Below, in pieces: positions 37,155 to 47,691 of a stretch of 64,000 nucleotides of DNA (position 1 is its first letter; each line of letters starts with the position of its first letter). Source of the stretch: Anaeromyxobacteraceae bacterium (lineage in GTDB: Bacteria; Myxococcota; Myxococcia; Myxococcales; Anaeromyxobacteraceae). The notes beneath the pieces are model-generated. The model saw nothing but the letters and a program-made list of their open reading frames with translations. It was not told the DNA's origin and made no database searches. Made by a program: the position numbers and the translations under genes. The DNA is taken from the NCBI GenBank assembly GCA_032654565.1, contig JAULAX010000002.1:128001-192000 (forward strand), written 5' to 3'.

Positions 37155-37885
37155 GCCGTCGCCGCGCCCTCGCCGCCGCCGGGCTGCTGCTGGCCACGCC
37201 GGCGCTCGCCTACCTGCTCCCGGCCACCGCCATCCTGCGCAAGGCGGCCGAGACCCGGGCCGGGCTGGAGCTGAACGCCGTGGAGGCCATCGGGGCCCTG
37301 GAGCTGCGCGGCGCCGCCCTGCCGCCCGGCACGCCGCCGGTGGTCACGGCGCGGCTGCTCCTCAAGACCCCGGGCCGGGCCCGGCTGGAGCTGCTCACCG
37401 CCGACGCCGCCGACGCCGATCGCCCCGCCGCCATGGTGAAGGACGGGCGGCTGCTGGGTCGCGCCGGCCTGGAGCAGCAGCCGGCGGTGACGGCGCTGGT
37501 CCGCGGGCTGGCCACGCTGCTGGCCTGGCCCACCGGCGCCGAGGGGCAGGCGCTGGGCGAGGCGCTGGTGCGGCGCGGGGTGAAGCTCGACGAGGTCTCG
37601 CTGGGGCGGTTCAACGGGCGGCTGGCCTGGGTGCTGGGCGGCCGGCTCAACGACCCGAAGGCCCCGGCGCTGGCGCTGGTCGACAAGGAGAGCTGGATGC
37701 CGCTGCGGCTCCTCGTCACCGAGGGGGGCGCCACCTGGGACCTGCGCCTGCTCGACTGGGCCTCGGCGGTGGGGGCCGACCGGCTCCCCCGGGTCATCGA
37801 GGTCTGGCAGGGGGCGGAGCTGCTGCTCCGCTTCAACACCGAGAAGACCACCGCCAACCCCCGGCTGGCCGACGCCCTCTTCTAG
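37151..37885 (+). CDS. Hypothetical exported protein (possibly LolA-like fold)
   Basis: GTG overlaps the galU stop; signal peptide ...PALA/YLLP. Confidence 0.7.
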   Translation: MSRRRALAAAGLLLATPALAYLLPATAILRKAAETRAGLELNAVEAIGALELRGAALPPGTPPVVTARLLLKTPGRARLELLTADAADADRPAAMVKDGRLLGRAGLEQQPAVTALVRGLATLLAWPTGAEGQALGEALVRRGVKLDEVSLGRFNGRLAWVLGGRLNDPKAPALALVDKESWMPLRLLVTEGGATWDLRLLDWASAVGADRLPRVIEVWQGAELLLRFNTEKTTANPRLADALF

Positions 37886-37932
37886 TCGCAGGCGTCCCGC
37901 CCGGCGTGGGGCCCGGCTGGTAGAGTCCCCCC

Positions 37933-40140
37933 GTGCTCGTCGAGGTCGCCGTCGCCGCCGCCGTGCGCGGCACCTTCACCTACCGGGTGCCCGCGGCGCT
38001 GAAGGGCGAGGTCTCGCTCGGCCAGCGGGTGGCCGTCCCCTTCGGCAAGAGCCCGCGCGCCACCGGCTACGTGGTCGGCTTCCCCACGGCGCCGCCGGCC
38101 GGCTTCGAGCTGCGCGACGTGGCCGCGGTGCTCGACGCCTTCCCCCCGTTCACGCCGAAGCTGGTGGAGCTGCTCCGCTGGGCCGAGTCCTACTACCTGG
38201 TCCCGCCCGGTGAGCTGCTCCGGGCCGCGCTGCCGCCCGGCCTCAACACCCGCGGCGGCGACGCCGGCCCCGACCGCCGGCGCGTCGAGTACGCCGCCCC
38301 GGCGCCCGGGGCCGCCGAGGCCCTGCCGTCGCTGGGGCGGGCCCGGGCCCAGCGGGCCGTGCTCGAGTACCTGCTGGCCCGCGGCCGCATCACCGTGGAG
38401 GAGCTCAAGGCCGCCTTCCCGGCCGGTCGCGCCGCCCTGGCCCAGCTGGGCCGGCGCGGCCTCGCCGTCATCGACGCCGAGATTCCGGTGACCGGGCGCG
38501 GCGTCCTCCACGCCGCCGACCGCGCCGTCGAGCTGACCGGCCACCAGGCGGCGGCCCTGGCCGAGGTGACCGGCGCCTTCGGGACCTTCGGCACCTTCCT
38601 GCTCCACGGCGTCACCGGCTCGGGCAAGACCGAGGTCTACCTGCGGGCCATCGCCGCGGCCCGGGCCGCCGGAAAGGGGGCGCTGGTGCTGGTCCCGGAG
38701 ATCGCCCTGACCCCGCAGCTCTCCGGGCGCTTCCGGGCCCGCTTCGGCGACCAGGTGGCCCTGCTCCACTCCGGCCTCTCCGACGCCGAGCGCCACGCCG
38801 AGTGGCTGCGGCTGCGGCGCGGTGAGGCCCGCATCTGCGTGGGGGTGCGCAGCGCCATCTTCGCGCCGGTCGAGGAGCTGGGCGTCATCGTGGTGGACGA
38901 GGAGCACGAGCCGAGCTTCAAGCAGGAGGACGGGCCGCCCTACCACGCCCGCGATCTCGCCGTGGTGCGCGGCCGGCTCGAGGACGCCGTGGTGGTGCTG
39001 GGCTCGGCCACCCCGTCGCTGGAGACGCTGGAGAACGCCCGGCGCGGCCGCTACCGCCTGCTCTCGCTGCCGGTCCGCGTCGACGATCGGCCCATGCCGC
39101 GGGTCGAGCTCATCGACCTGGCCCGGCGTCCCCGCCCCCGCCGCGGCGAGCCCCCGGCGCTGCTCTCCGCCGAGCTGCAGCAGGCGCTCGGCGAGACCCT
39201 GGCGGCCGGGCAGCAGTCGATCCTCTTCCTCAACCGGCGCGGCTACCAGACGCTGGTGCTCTGCGAGGCCTGCGGCCTGGAGGCCCGCTGCCCCGACTGC
39301 TCGGTCTCGCTCACCCACCACGCCCGCCGCGGCCTGCTGCTCTGCCACTACTGCGGGCGGCACGAGCCGGTGGCCAGGCCCTGCGCCGCCTGCGGCGGGG
39401 CCCGCTTCGGCCTGGGCTTCGGCACCGAGCAGGTGGAGGAGGCGACCCGGACGCTGCTGCCCACCGCCCGGGTCGGCCGGCTCGACCGCGACGCCGTCTC
39501 CGGCGCCGGCGACACCGCCGCGGTGCTGGCCCGCTTCGCCCGGCGCGAGCTCGACGTGCTGGTGGGGACCCAGATGGTCTCGAAGGGGCACGACTTCCCC
39601 GGGGTGACGCTGGTCGGCGTGGTGCTGGCCGACACCTCGCTGGCGCTGCCCGACTTCCGCGCCGCCGAGCGGACCTTCCAGCTCCTCACCCAGGTGGCCG
39701 GCCGGGCCGGGCGGGGCGCCGACGCCGGCCGGGTGCTGATCCAGACCTACAACCCCACCACCCCGGCGGTGGCCCGCTCGGTGCTCCACGACTACCTGGG
39801 GTTCGCCGAGGAGGAGCTGGCCCGCCGCCAGGCGCTCGCCTACCCGCCCTTCGCCCGGCTCATGGCGGTGCGCGTCGAGGGCTCGGAGGCCGGCGCCCGC
39901 CAGGCGGCCGAGGCGCTGGCCGAGGCGGCCCGGCCGGCGCTGGGGCCGGGGACGGCGCTGATCGGCCCGGCCCCGGCCGCCATCGAGCGGATCCGCGGCA
40001 AGAGCCGCTGGCACCTGCTCTTCCGCGCCGCCAGCAACCCCCCGCTGATGAAGATCCACCGGGCCCTGGCCCTGGTGGCCCACCGCCCGCCCGGCGGCGC
40101 CAGCATCCGCTTCGACATGGACCCCTACTCGATGATGTGA
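37933..40140 (+). CDS. priA: Primosomal protein N' (replication restart helicase)
   Basis: GVTGSGKTEVY, VDEEH, Cys-rich region, GTQM..KGHDFP. Confidence 0.96.
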   Translation: MLVEVAVAAAVRGTFTYRVPAALKGEVSLGQRVAVPFGKSPRATGYVVGFPTAPPAGFELRDVAAVLDAFPPFTPKLVELLRWAESYYLVPPGELLRAALPPGLNTRGGDAGPDRRRVEYAAPAPGAAEALPSLGRARAQRAVLEYLLARGRITVEELKAAFPAGRAALAQLGRRGLAVIDAEIPVTGRGVLHAADRAVELTGHQAAALAEVTGAFGTFGTFLLHGVTGSGKTEVYLRAIAAARAAGKGALVLVPEIALTPQLSGRFRARFGDQVALLHSGLSDAERHAEWLRLRRGEARICVGVRSAIFAPVEELGVIVVDEEHEPSFKQEDGPPYHARDLAVVRGRLEDAVVVLGSATPSLETLENARRGRYRLLSLPVRVDDRPMPRVELIDLARRPRPRRGEPPALLSAELQQALGETLAAGQQSILFLNRRGYQTLVLCEACGLEARCPDCSVSLTHHARRGLLLCHYCGRHEPVARPCAACGGARFGLGFGTEQVEEATRTLLPTARVGRLDRDAVSGAGDTAAVLARFARRELDVLVGTQMVSKGHDFPGVTLVGVVLADTSLALPDFRAAERTFQLLTQVAGRAGRGADAGRVLIQTYNPTTPAVARSVLHDYLGFAEEELARRQALAYPPFARLMAVRVEGSEAGARQAAEALAEAARPALGPGTALIGPAPAAIERIRGKSRWHLLFRAASNPPLMKIHRALALVAHRPPGGASIRFDMDPYSMM

Positions 40141-40273
40141 GCGTGGGGCCGCCGGGGACGGCCGGGCAGGCCCCGCCGATATCGGCGGCGGCCCGTCCGG
40201 CGGGCGCCGGGAGGTCGGTCCGCCGGTGCGTGAGCTTGCCCCCCCTCCGGGGCCGATCCATCATCCACCGAGC

Positions 40274-42775
40274 GTGGCACGCCTCCTCCTCGTCGACGAC
40301 GACATCTCAGAGATCTCCGCGGTCAAGCGGGTGCTGTCGCGCTCCGGCCATGCGCCGCTGCTCGCCACCAACGGCTCGGACGCGCTGGCCTCGGTCGGGC
40401 AGGCGCGCCCCGACCTGCTGATCGTCGGCGCCACCTGCGAGGGGGGCGAGGCCATCGAGGCCCTCCGCCAGCTCGAGGAGGACGAGGCCACCCGGGACAT
40501 CCCGCTCCTCCTCCTCGGCGAGTCGGCGGCGGCGCCGGAGCGGGCGGTGCAGCTGCCCCGCCCGGTCGACCCGGCGGCGCTGGCCGAGCAGGTGAAGCTG
40601 CTGCTGGCCGGCGGCCCGGCCCCCCGGTCCTTCGAGCGGCGGGTCTCGGCCCCGGAGCTGCCCGGCTCGCTGGAGCGGCGCAGCGGGCCGAGCGACCCGG
40701 CGCTGGCCCGCAAGGCGGCCGCCGAGGCGCTGCTGGCGCGGGCCCGCGAGCTGCGCGGCCCCCCTCGGTCCACGCCCGGTGACCCGCCCCCCGCCGCCTC
40801 CACCCCGGCGCCGTCGGAGGCGGCGGCTGGGCTCGACGCCCTCTTCGAGCTGGGGCCGCCGGCCGGGGTGCCCGGGGCTCAGCCGGCGCGCGTCGACACG
40901 CCGGTCGGCCTGCGCACCGTCCCCCGCGCCGACACCCCGCCCAGCCTGCGCGCGCTCTCGTCGCCGGCCCGCGCCGCGCCGGAGCCGACCGCGCCACCTC
41001 CCGCGCCTTCCCCCGCGCCACCGCCTGCGCCGCCCGCGGCGCCGCCGTCTGCCCCGCCACCCCGGGCCGCGCCTCCCCCCGCGCCAGCCCCCCCGGCCGC
41101 GCCGCCCCCCGCACCTCCGCCGACGACGGTGGTCCAGCTGGCCCCGCCCGCCCGCTCGGCGCCGTCGCCGACCGCGCCCCAGCCGGCCGCTCCTCCCCCC
41201 GACTGGGAGCGGAACCGCGCCGAGGAGCGGGCGGCCCGCCGCAGGCTGGAGGACGACCTGCGCCTGCTGCGCGAGCAGCTGGAGGCCGACCGGCGGCGGC
41301 ACGACGAGGAGCTGCACACCGTCATCGAGCGTGCCACCGCGCACGAGCAGGCGGCGCTGGAGCGGCAGGCCAGCGTCGCCGAGGCGGCGCGCAAGTCGGA
41401 GGTCCAGGCCGCCGCCACCCGGGCCGCCGCCGAGGCGCTGGCCGAGGCCGAGGCCCGCATCCGCGCCGAGACCGAGGCCGACTTCCGCGCCGTCGCCGAG
41501 GCCGAGGCCTACGCCCGCGCCGAGGGGGAGGTCCGCGACGGGCGGGACGAGCTGCGGGCCCGGGCCGCCGCCGCGCCCGAGGCGCCGCCGCCGGCCGAGC
41601 TCCCCACCCCCTGGTTCGCCGACCTGCCGCCGATCGACCCGGCCCAGGAGGCGGCCCGCCGCCGCGCCCTCTCCCGCCGCGCCCCGTCCGACGCCCTGCC
41701 GCCCGGGCCCCCGGACGAGGAGTCGGCCTGGTCCCGCCCCGCCCCCGCGGCCCCGCCGGCCGAGCTGCGCGGCGGCCAGCTCGACGACCTGCCCATGCCC
41801 CGGCTGCTCACCGTGGCCCTCTCGGCCCGGGTCTCCGGCCGGCTCGACGTGGTGGGCGACGCCAGCCGCGCCCTCTGGTTCGAGGACGGCCGGGTGGTCG
41901 GCGCCGCCAGCAACGCCGCCGGGGAGCGGCTCGACGAGGTGGCGCTCCGGCTCGGCCTGCTCACCCGCGAGCAGTACCGCCAGGTGGCCGGCGCCGTGGC
42001 CGGGCTGGCGACGCGGCGGGCCGCCGTCCTGCTGGTGGACCGGGGCTATCTCAAGTCGGGCGAGCTGACCTCGCTGGTGCGGGCCCGGACCGAGGAGGTG
42101 GTCTTCGGCATCTTCGGCGAGCCGGCCGGCCGGTTCCGCTGGGTCGCCGACCTGGTCCCCTCCGACGAGCGGACCTCGCTCGATCGCCCGCCCCTGGCGC
42201 TTGCCGTGGAGGGGGTGCGCCGCCGCTGGCTGGCGCCACGCACCGAGGCCGTCCTCGGCGGCCCGGCCACGCTGGTGACGCCGGTCCACGGCGGCCCCGG
42301 CGCCGAGGAGCTCGGCCTGCTGCCCCAGGAGCGGCGGGCCCTGGCCATCGCCGACGGCCTGCGCACCCTCGACGAGGTGCTGGCCGCCAGCCCGCTCGAC
42401 ACCCTCTCCACCCGCCAGCTGCTCGCGGCGCTGGTGCTGGTCGGCGCCGTCGGCGTCAAGGTGGTGCAGGCGGGCCGCCCGGCGGCGCAGGTGGCCACCG
42501 GCATCGACCTGGCCCGGGTCAAGGAGAAGCTGGAGCAGGTGCGGCGCGCCGACTACTTCACCATCCTCGGCCTCGGCGGCGCGGCCACGCCGCACGAGGT
42601 GCGGTCCGCCGCCGAGCGGCTCACCGCCGAGTTCCAGCCGGAGCGGTTCCGCGGCCACCAGGAGGAGGGGCTGCCGGCCCGCCTCGAGGAGATCCGGCGG
42701 GTGGTGGCCGACGCCCGCGAGGTGCTGGCCGACCCGTTCCTGCGGGAGGAGTACCAGCGGGGGCTGGCCAGCTGA
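40274..42775 (+). CDS. Pseudo-receiver / Pro-rich / coiled-coil / DUF4388-like / J-like multidomain protein
   Basis: N-terminal LLLVDDD receiver; WFEDGRVVGA.SN...E.L; C-terminal DYFTILGL. Confidence 0.8.
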   Translation: MARLLLVDDDISEISAVKRVLSRSGHAPLLATNGSDALASVGQARPDLLIVGATCEGGEAIEALRQLEEDEATRDIPLLLLGESAAAPERAVQLPRPVDPAALAEQVKLLLAGGPAPRSFERRVSAPELPGSLERRSGPSDPALARKAAAEALLARARELRGPPRSTPGDPPPAASTPAPSEAAAGLDALFELGPPAGVPGAQPARVDTPVGLRTVPRADTPPSLRALSSPARAAPEPTAPPPAPSPAPPPAPPAAPPSAPPPRAAPPPAPAPPAAPPPAPPPTTVVQLAPPARSAPSPTAPQPAAPPPDWERNRAEERAARRRLEDDLRLLREQLEADRRRHDEELHTVIERATAHEQAALERQASVAEAARKSEVQAAATRAAAEALAEAEARIRAETEADFRAVAEAEAYARAEGEVRDGRDELRARAAAAPEAPPPAELPTPWFADLPPIDPAQEAARRRALSRRAPSDALPPGPPDEESAWSRPAPAAPPAELRGGQLDDLPMPRLLTVALSARVSGRLDVVGDASRALWFEDGRVVGAASNAAGERLDEVALRLGLLTREQYRQVAGAVAGLATRRAAVLLVDRGYLKSGELTSLVRARTEEVVFGIFGEPAGRFRWVADLVPSDERTSLDRPPLALAVEGVRRRWLAPRTEAVLGGPATLVTPVHGGPGAEELGLLPQERRALAIADGLRTLDEVLAASPLDTLSTRQLLAALVLVGAVGVKVVQAGRPAAQVATGIDLARVKEKLEQVRRADYFTILGLGGAATPHEVRSAAERLTAEFQPERFRGHQEEGLPARLEEIRRVVADAREVLADPFLREEYQRGLAS

Positions 42776-42858
42776 CCGGGCCCCGGGGGGTGGCCGGATC
42801 TGGTGCGCGCCGGGGCCGGCCGGGTTAGAACACCGTCACCTCGACCGAGGGATTCCGC

Positions 42859-43428
42859 ATGGTCCGCGACATCGTCATCTGGCCCGACCCCATCCTCAAG
42901 CAGATCGCCAAGCCGGTCGATCGCGTCGACGACGCCCTGCGCCGGCTGCTCGACGACATGGCCGAGACCATGTACGCCGCCGACGGCGTCGGGCTGGCGG
43001 CGCCGCAGGTCGGCGAGCTGGTGCGGGCCATCGTCATCGATGTCTCCTCCCGCCAGGAGGGACAGCGGCTCATCCACCTGGTCAACCCGGAGATCGTCAA
43101 GACCGAGGGGACCCGGGTCTACACCGAGGGGTGCCTCTCCATCCCCGGCGAGGCCGAGGACGTGGAGCGGGCCGACAAGGTCTGGGTCCGGGCCCTGGGG
43201 CGCAACGGCAAGCCCTTCGAGCTGGAGTGCGACGAGCTGCTGGCCATCGCCGTGCAGCACGAGTACGACCACCTGCAGGGCACGGTCTTCGTCGACCACC
43301 TCTCCTCGCTGAAGCGCGAGATCATCCGCCGCCGCATGAAGAAGCTGAAGCTGGAGCAGGCCGAGGAGCGCGCCGAGGAGCGGGCCGACATGGTCAAGGG
43401 CGCCTCCAAGCACGAGTCGGCGCTGTAG
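42859..43428 (+). CDS. def: Peptide deformylase
   Basis: GVGLAAPQ, EGCLS, QHEYDHL.G. Confidence 0.96.
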   Translation: MVRDIVIWPDPILKQIAKPVDRVDDALRRLLDDMAETMYAADGVGLAAPQVGELVRAIVIDVSSRQEGQRLIHLVNPEIVKTEGTRVYTEGCLSIPGEAEDVERADKVWVRALGRNGKPFELECDELLAIAVQHEYDHLQGTVFVDHLSSLKREIIRRRMKKLKLEQAEERAEERADMVKGASKHESAL

Positions 43429-43592
43429 GACGCGGAGGCTCCGATGTGGGGAGCCCTTCGACCAGAGGCCAGAGCGCCGTCCCCCGGAGACGCCTTGCCT
43501 TGGCGAATGGGGCGATCAGGCCTGCGCGGCGCAGCTTCCTGCGCCTTGCGATTGGTGACATGGCCATGACGCGGCCGGGCGAGGATGGCGGC

Positions 43593-44249
43593 ATGTCCAC
43601 GGTCGCCCACGCCCCCGGTCCCAAGCCGCTGCTCCGCGGCGTCTCCCACGAGATCGCCGCCGCCTTCGCCGTCGCCGGCTGGATCGTCCTGTTCAACGCC
43701 TCGACCGGCCTGCGCGGCGCCGTGGCCGCCGCCGTCTACGGCTTCGCCCTGACCGCCCAGTTCTCCATCTCGGCGCTCTACCACCGGCCCCGCTGGGGCG
43801 ACCGGGCCCGGCTGCTGATGCGCCGGCTCGACCACGCCGCCATCTTCGTGCTCATCGCCGGCACCTACACCCCCTTCTGCCTGCTGATGCCGCCGGAGAC
43901 CGGCCACCCGCTGCTCTGGGTGGTCTGGACCGGCGCCCTGGCCGGCATGATCCTCTCGGTGCTCTGGCCGCTGGCCCCCAAGTGGCTGATGGCGCTGCTC
44001 ACCGTGGGGCTGGGCTGGGCCATCGTCCCCACCTTCCCCTCCATGCTGGCGGCCATCGGCTGGCACGGGGTGGGGCTGCTCGGCGCCGGCGGCGTCGCCT
44101 ACACGGTGGGGGCGGTGGTCTACGCCACCCGCTGGCCCAACCCCAACCCCCGGGTCTTCGGCTATCACGAGGTCTTCCACGTGCTGGTGATCGCAGCGGC
44201 CATCTGCCACTACGTCGCCGTGGCCGGGACCATCGGCGCCATCAGGTAG
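43593..44249 (+). CDS. Hemolysin III / PAQR family membrane protein
   Basis: SALYH, RRLDH.AIF.LIAGTYTP, GYHEVFH. Confidence 0.92.
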   Translation: MSTVAHAPGPKPLLRGVSHEIAAAFAVAGWIVLFNASTGLRGAVAAAVYGFALTAQFSISALYHRPRWGDRARLLMRRLDHAAIFVLIAGTYTPFCLLMPPETGHPLLWVVWTGALAGMILSVLWPLAPKWLMALLTVGLGWAIVPTFPSMLAAIGWHGVGLLGAGGVAYTVGAVVYATRWPNPNPRVFGYHEVFHVLVIAAAICHYVAVAGTIGAIR

Positions 44250-45126
44250 GCTTGACCCGCCTCAGCTCGGCCTCGATGAGCTGGGCCAGCAACCGGATGC
44301 GCGGGATGTCCAGCGCCGACCGGGCCGCCACCAGGTGGAGCGCGCCGCGGGCGAAGGGGCCGAGGTCGAGGTCGAGCGGCACCAGCGCGCTGGGGCGGGA
44401 GAAGCGGTGGCGCAGCCGCGGCAGGACCATCGCCCCCACGCCCGCCTCGGCGGCCGCCTGCTGCACCAGGATGTGGTCCGAGGTGAAGGCGGGCGTGTAG
44501 CCGGGGATCAGCTCGGCCAGCTGCGGGTTGGGCGGCAGCTCCTGGTACGGGGGCGCCCAGGCGATCCAGGGCAGCTCCTGCAGCATCGGCCGCCGCGGCA
44601 GCTTCCGGGCCAGCGCCGGCGCCACGTGGACCGCGTGGGTCGTCTCCAGCGTGTAGACCAGCGCCAGGTCCGGGTGGTTGGGCGGTCGCACCCGCAGCGC
44701 CAGGTCGGCCTCGCCGCGGGCCAGGTCGAGGTGCTGCATGGTGCCCAGCACCTCGAGGCGCAGCCCGGGGTGCTGGCCGGCCAGCCAGCCCGCGAGCGGG
44801 GCCAGGAAGTCGTGCGCCACCATGGGCGGCGCCGTGATCCGCACCAGCCCCTGCGGTCCCCGGTCGGTCGGCTCGGCGGCCCGCCCCACCTCGCCGGCCC
44901 ACTCGGCCATGCGCCGCGCCGGCGCCAGCATCCGCTCCCCCGCGGTGGTGAGCGCCGCGCCCGCGGCGCTGCGGCGGAAGAGCGACTCGCCCACGGCCCG
45001 CTCCAGCGTGGCCAGCCGCCGGCTCAGGGTGGGCTGCGCCATCCGCAGCTTCCGGGCGGCGGCGCTCACGCTCCCCTCCTCGGCCACGGCGAGGAAGAGC
45101 TTCACCTCATCCCAGGAGATATCCAT
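44242..45126 (-). CDS. LysR family transcriptional regulator
   Basis: F.AVAEEGS.SAAA..L...QPT.SRR...LE...G..LF.R. Confidence 0.92.
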   Translation of the reverse strand: MDISWDEVKLFLAVAEEGSVSAAARKLRMAQPTLSRRLATLERAVGESLFRRSAAGAALTTAGERMLAPARRMAEWAGEVGRAAEPTDRGPQGLVRITAPPMVAHDFLAPLAGWLAGQHPGLRLEVLGTMQHLDLARGEADLALRVRPPNHPDLALVYTLETTHAVHVAPALARKLPRRPMLQELPWIAWAPPYQELPPNPQLAELIPGYTPAFTSDHILVQQAAAEAGVGAMVLPRLRHRFSRPSALVPLDLDLGPFARGALHLVAARSALDIPRIRLLAQLIEAELRRVKPT

Positions 45127-45208
45127 TGGCGCATGATGTCATGCCTCCTTTGCTCTTTTCCATACCTGGGCGACTAGGTAGATCAGCCGCTCACGGAGGT
45201 CGTCCGCC

Positions 45209-46135
45209 ATGTCCAGCCGCCCCCTCGCCGTCGCCGCCCTGCTCCTCTCCACCGCCTGCGCCACCACCAGCCACCCCACCGGCGTCTCCTCGCTCGGCGT
45301 CGCCAGGCCGGCCCGGGACCTGCTCGCCGTCATCGACCAGCCCGGGCCGGTGGAGGTCGAGACCGTCGCCTCGGCCGACTGGGTGGTGCCGCGGGAGGGA
45401 CTCATCAACCTCGACCACCCGCGCGCCCGCGCCGCGGGCCTGAAGGACGGGCTGGAGCCGATCCAGGTCTACTTCCACGCCGTCCGCCACCCGACCCGCG
45501 GCCTCTTCCTCGTCGACACCGGCATCGAGCGGGCGCTGCGCGACCGACCGGAGCAGGCCGCCTTCCGCGGCCTGGTGGCCTCGCAGATGCACCTCGAGGC
45601 CCTGAAGGTCCACGTCGCGCTCGGTGACTGGCTGGCCGCCCACCCCGGGCCGGTGGCCGGCGTCTTCCTCACCCACCTCCACCCAGACCACCTGGCCGGC
45701 CTGGCCGACGTCGCCGCCGGGACCCCGGTCTACGCCGGGCCCGGGGAGGCGGGTGAGCGGGCGCTGGTGAACCTCTTCCTGCAGCCCAACATCGACCGGG
45801 CCCTGGCCGGCAAGGGGCTGCTGGCGACCTGGCCCTTCACCTCCGAGGTGGGCGGGCCCTTCGACGGGGTCGTCGACGTCTTCGGCGACGGCTCGGTCTG
45901 GGCGCTCTGGGTTCCGGGCCACACCGGCGGCAGCACCGCCTACCTGCTCCGCACCCCGCGCGGCCCCGTGCTCCTCGCCGGAGACGCCTGCCACACCCGC
46001 TGGGGATGGGACCACGACGTCGAGCCGGGCTCCTTCTCCAGCGACCTGCCGCGCAGCGCCGCGAGCCTGGCGCGGCTGAAGCGGCTGGTCGCCGAGCACC
46101 CGGGCGTCGAGGTGAGGCTCGGGCACCAGCGGTGA
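45209..46135 (+). CDS. Metallo-beta-lactamase fold hydrolase (AHL-lactonase-like), lipoprotein
   Basis: THLHPDH, PGHT.G, GDA, GH; lipobox LSTAC; divergent from the LysR gene. Confidence 0.85.
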   Translation: MSSRPLAVAALLLSTACATTSHPTGVSSLGVARPARDLLAVIDQPGPVEVETVASADWVVPREGLINLDHPRARAAGLKDGLEPIQVYFHAVRHPTRGLFLVDTGIERALRDRPEQAAFRGLVASQMHLEALKVHVALGDWLAAHPGPVAGVFLTHLHPDHLAGLADVAAGTPVYAGPGEAGERALVNLFLQPNIDRALAGKGLLATWPFTSEVGGPFDGVVDVFGDGSVWALWVPGHTGGSTAYLLRTPRGPVLLAGDACHTRWGWDHDVEPGSFSSDLPRSAASLARLKRLVAEHPGVEVRLGHQR

Positions 46136-46280
46136 GGGCCGGGCCCGGCGTCCCGGGCCCAGCTTCCCCGGCTTCCGGTGCTGGCCCGTGCGCGCCTCAC
46201 GTCCGCACCGGGTGGCGCGGGCCACGGCGGCCCCGGTCGCCGTTGCGCCCGGCCGGCCCGGCGTGCTCTCTTGCCGCGCC

Positions 46281-46874
46281 ATGACCGCTCCCCAGCGCTT
46301 CGACGCCGCCTACTACCGCCGCCACTACCAGGACCGGGCCCGGGTCCACTCCGCCGAGGAGGTGGGGCGTCTGGCCGAGGGCGTGGTGGGGCTGGCCGGC
46401 TGGCTGGGCGTGGCGCTGGACTCGGTGCTGGACGTCGGGGCCGGGCCGGGGCTGTGGCGCGACTGGTTCCGCCGCCACCGGCCGGCGGTCCGCTACCGCT
46501 CCACCGACGTCTCGCCGTTCGCCTGCCAGGCCTACGGCCACGAGCGGCGCGACATCGGCGCCTGGCGCTCGCGGGAGCGGTACGACCTGGTGGTCTGCCA
46601 GGGGGTGCTGCAGTACCTCGAGGCCGACGACGCCGCCGCGGCCATCGAGAACCTGGGCGCCATGAGCCGCGGCCTGCTCTACCTGGAGGCCATCACCCGC
46701 CGGGATCTCGCCGAGGTGGTCGACCTGGCGCGGACCGACACCGCCATCCACGCCCGGAGCGGCGCCTGGTACCGGCGGCGGCTCCAGCCCCACTTCGTGC
46801 AGGTGGGGGCGGGGCTCTGGGCGGCGCGGCGGGCCGGGCTCGCCTTCTACGAGCTGGAGGCGGCCGGGCGCTGA
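46281..46874 (+). CDS. Class I SAM-dependent methyltransferase
   Basis: VLDVGAGPG, YDLVVC.GVL.YL. Confidence 0.82.
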   Translation: MTAPQRFDAAYYRRHYQDRARVHSAEEVGRLAEGVVGLAGWLGVALDSVLDVGAGPGLWRDWFRRHRPAVRYRSTDVSPFACQAYGHERRDIGAWRSRERYDLVVCQGVLQYLEADDAAAAIENLGAMSRGLLYLEAITRRDLAEVVDLARTDTAIHARSGAWYRRRLQPHFVQVGAGLWAARRAGLAFYELEAAGR

Positions 46875-46910
46875 GCGGGGGGCCGGGCCGGACGGCGGCG
46901 AGGGGCGTCC

Positions 46911-47684
46911 CTACAGCCGCTCGTCGATGGCCCGGTTCGACATGGCGTCGGCCTGGCCGTTCTCCTCGCGGGGGATGTGGCGGATCTCGATCTGGTCGAA
47001 GCCCTTGAAGAGCGCCACCGCCTCGGCGTGCAGCGGCGCCAGGTGCTCGGCCTTGACCGCGTACTCACCCTTCACCTGCTTCACCACCAGCTCGGAGTCG
47101 GCCAGCACCTCGAGCTCCTTGATGCCCATGGCCTTGGCCCGCTTCAGCCCCAGGATCAGCCCCATGTACTCGGCGACGTTGTTGGTCTCGTCGCCGAGGA
47201 ACTTCCCCACCTTGGCGACGATGTGGCCGGCCGGGTTGACGATCACCGCGCCGGCGCCGGCCGGGCCGGGGTTGCCGCGGGCGGCCCCGTCGCAGTAGAG
47301 CCGGGTGTGGACCGGGCGGGCCTGGGCGGCCACCTCGGCGATCACCGCCTGCTCCTGCTTCTCGGCCTCGGCGGCGGCGGCGGCCCGCTCCCGGCGGCGC
47401 GCCTCGCGCTCGGCCTTGGAGAGCTCCATCGACTCCTGCAGCTCCTCGGCGGCCCGGGCCGCGGCCCGCTCCACCTCGCTGCCCTTGCGGACCTTGAGCC
47501 CCTGCTTGCTGGCGGCGGGCGGGGGCGGGGCCTCGGCGTCGAGCGCCTCGATCCGGTCGGCGGCGGCGCCCAGCACCTTGCCCAGGGTGTCGCGGGTGTG
47601 GCCCGGGTAGCGGGCCAGGGAGCGTGGCAGCTCCTCGTTGGCGGCGATGAAGCGGAGCAGGTCGGCGAGGACGGACTTGGACAC
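46911..47684 (-). CDS. Ribonuclease HI family protein with an N-terminal helical extension
   Basis: YCDGAARGNPG, TNNVAEY, DSELVV.Q, REEN..AD. Confidence 0.9.
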   Translation of the reverse strand: MSKSVLADLLRFIAANEELPRSLARYPGHTRDTLGKVLGAAADRIEALDAEAPPPPAASKQGLKVRKGSEVERAAARAAEELQESMELSKAEREARRRERAAAAAEAEKQEQAVIAEVAAQARPVHTRLYCDGAARGNPGPAGAGAVIVNPAGHIVAKVGKFLGDETNNVAEYMGLILGLKRAKAMGIKELEVLADSELVVKQVKGEYAVKAEHLAPLHAEAVALFKGFDQIEIRHIPREENGQADAMSNRAIDERL

Positions 47685-47691
47685 GGTGGCC

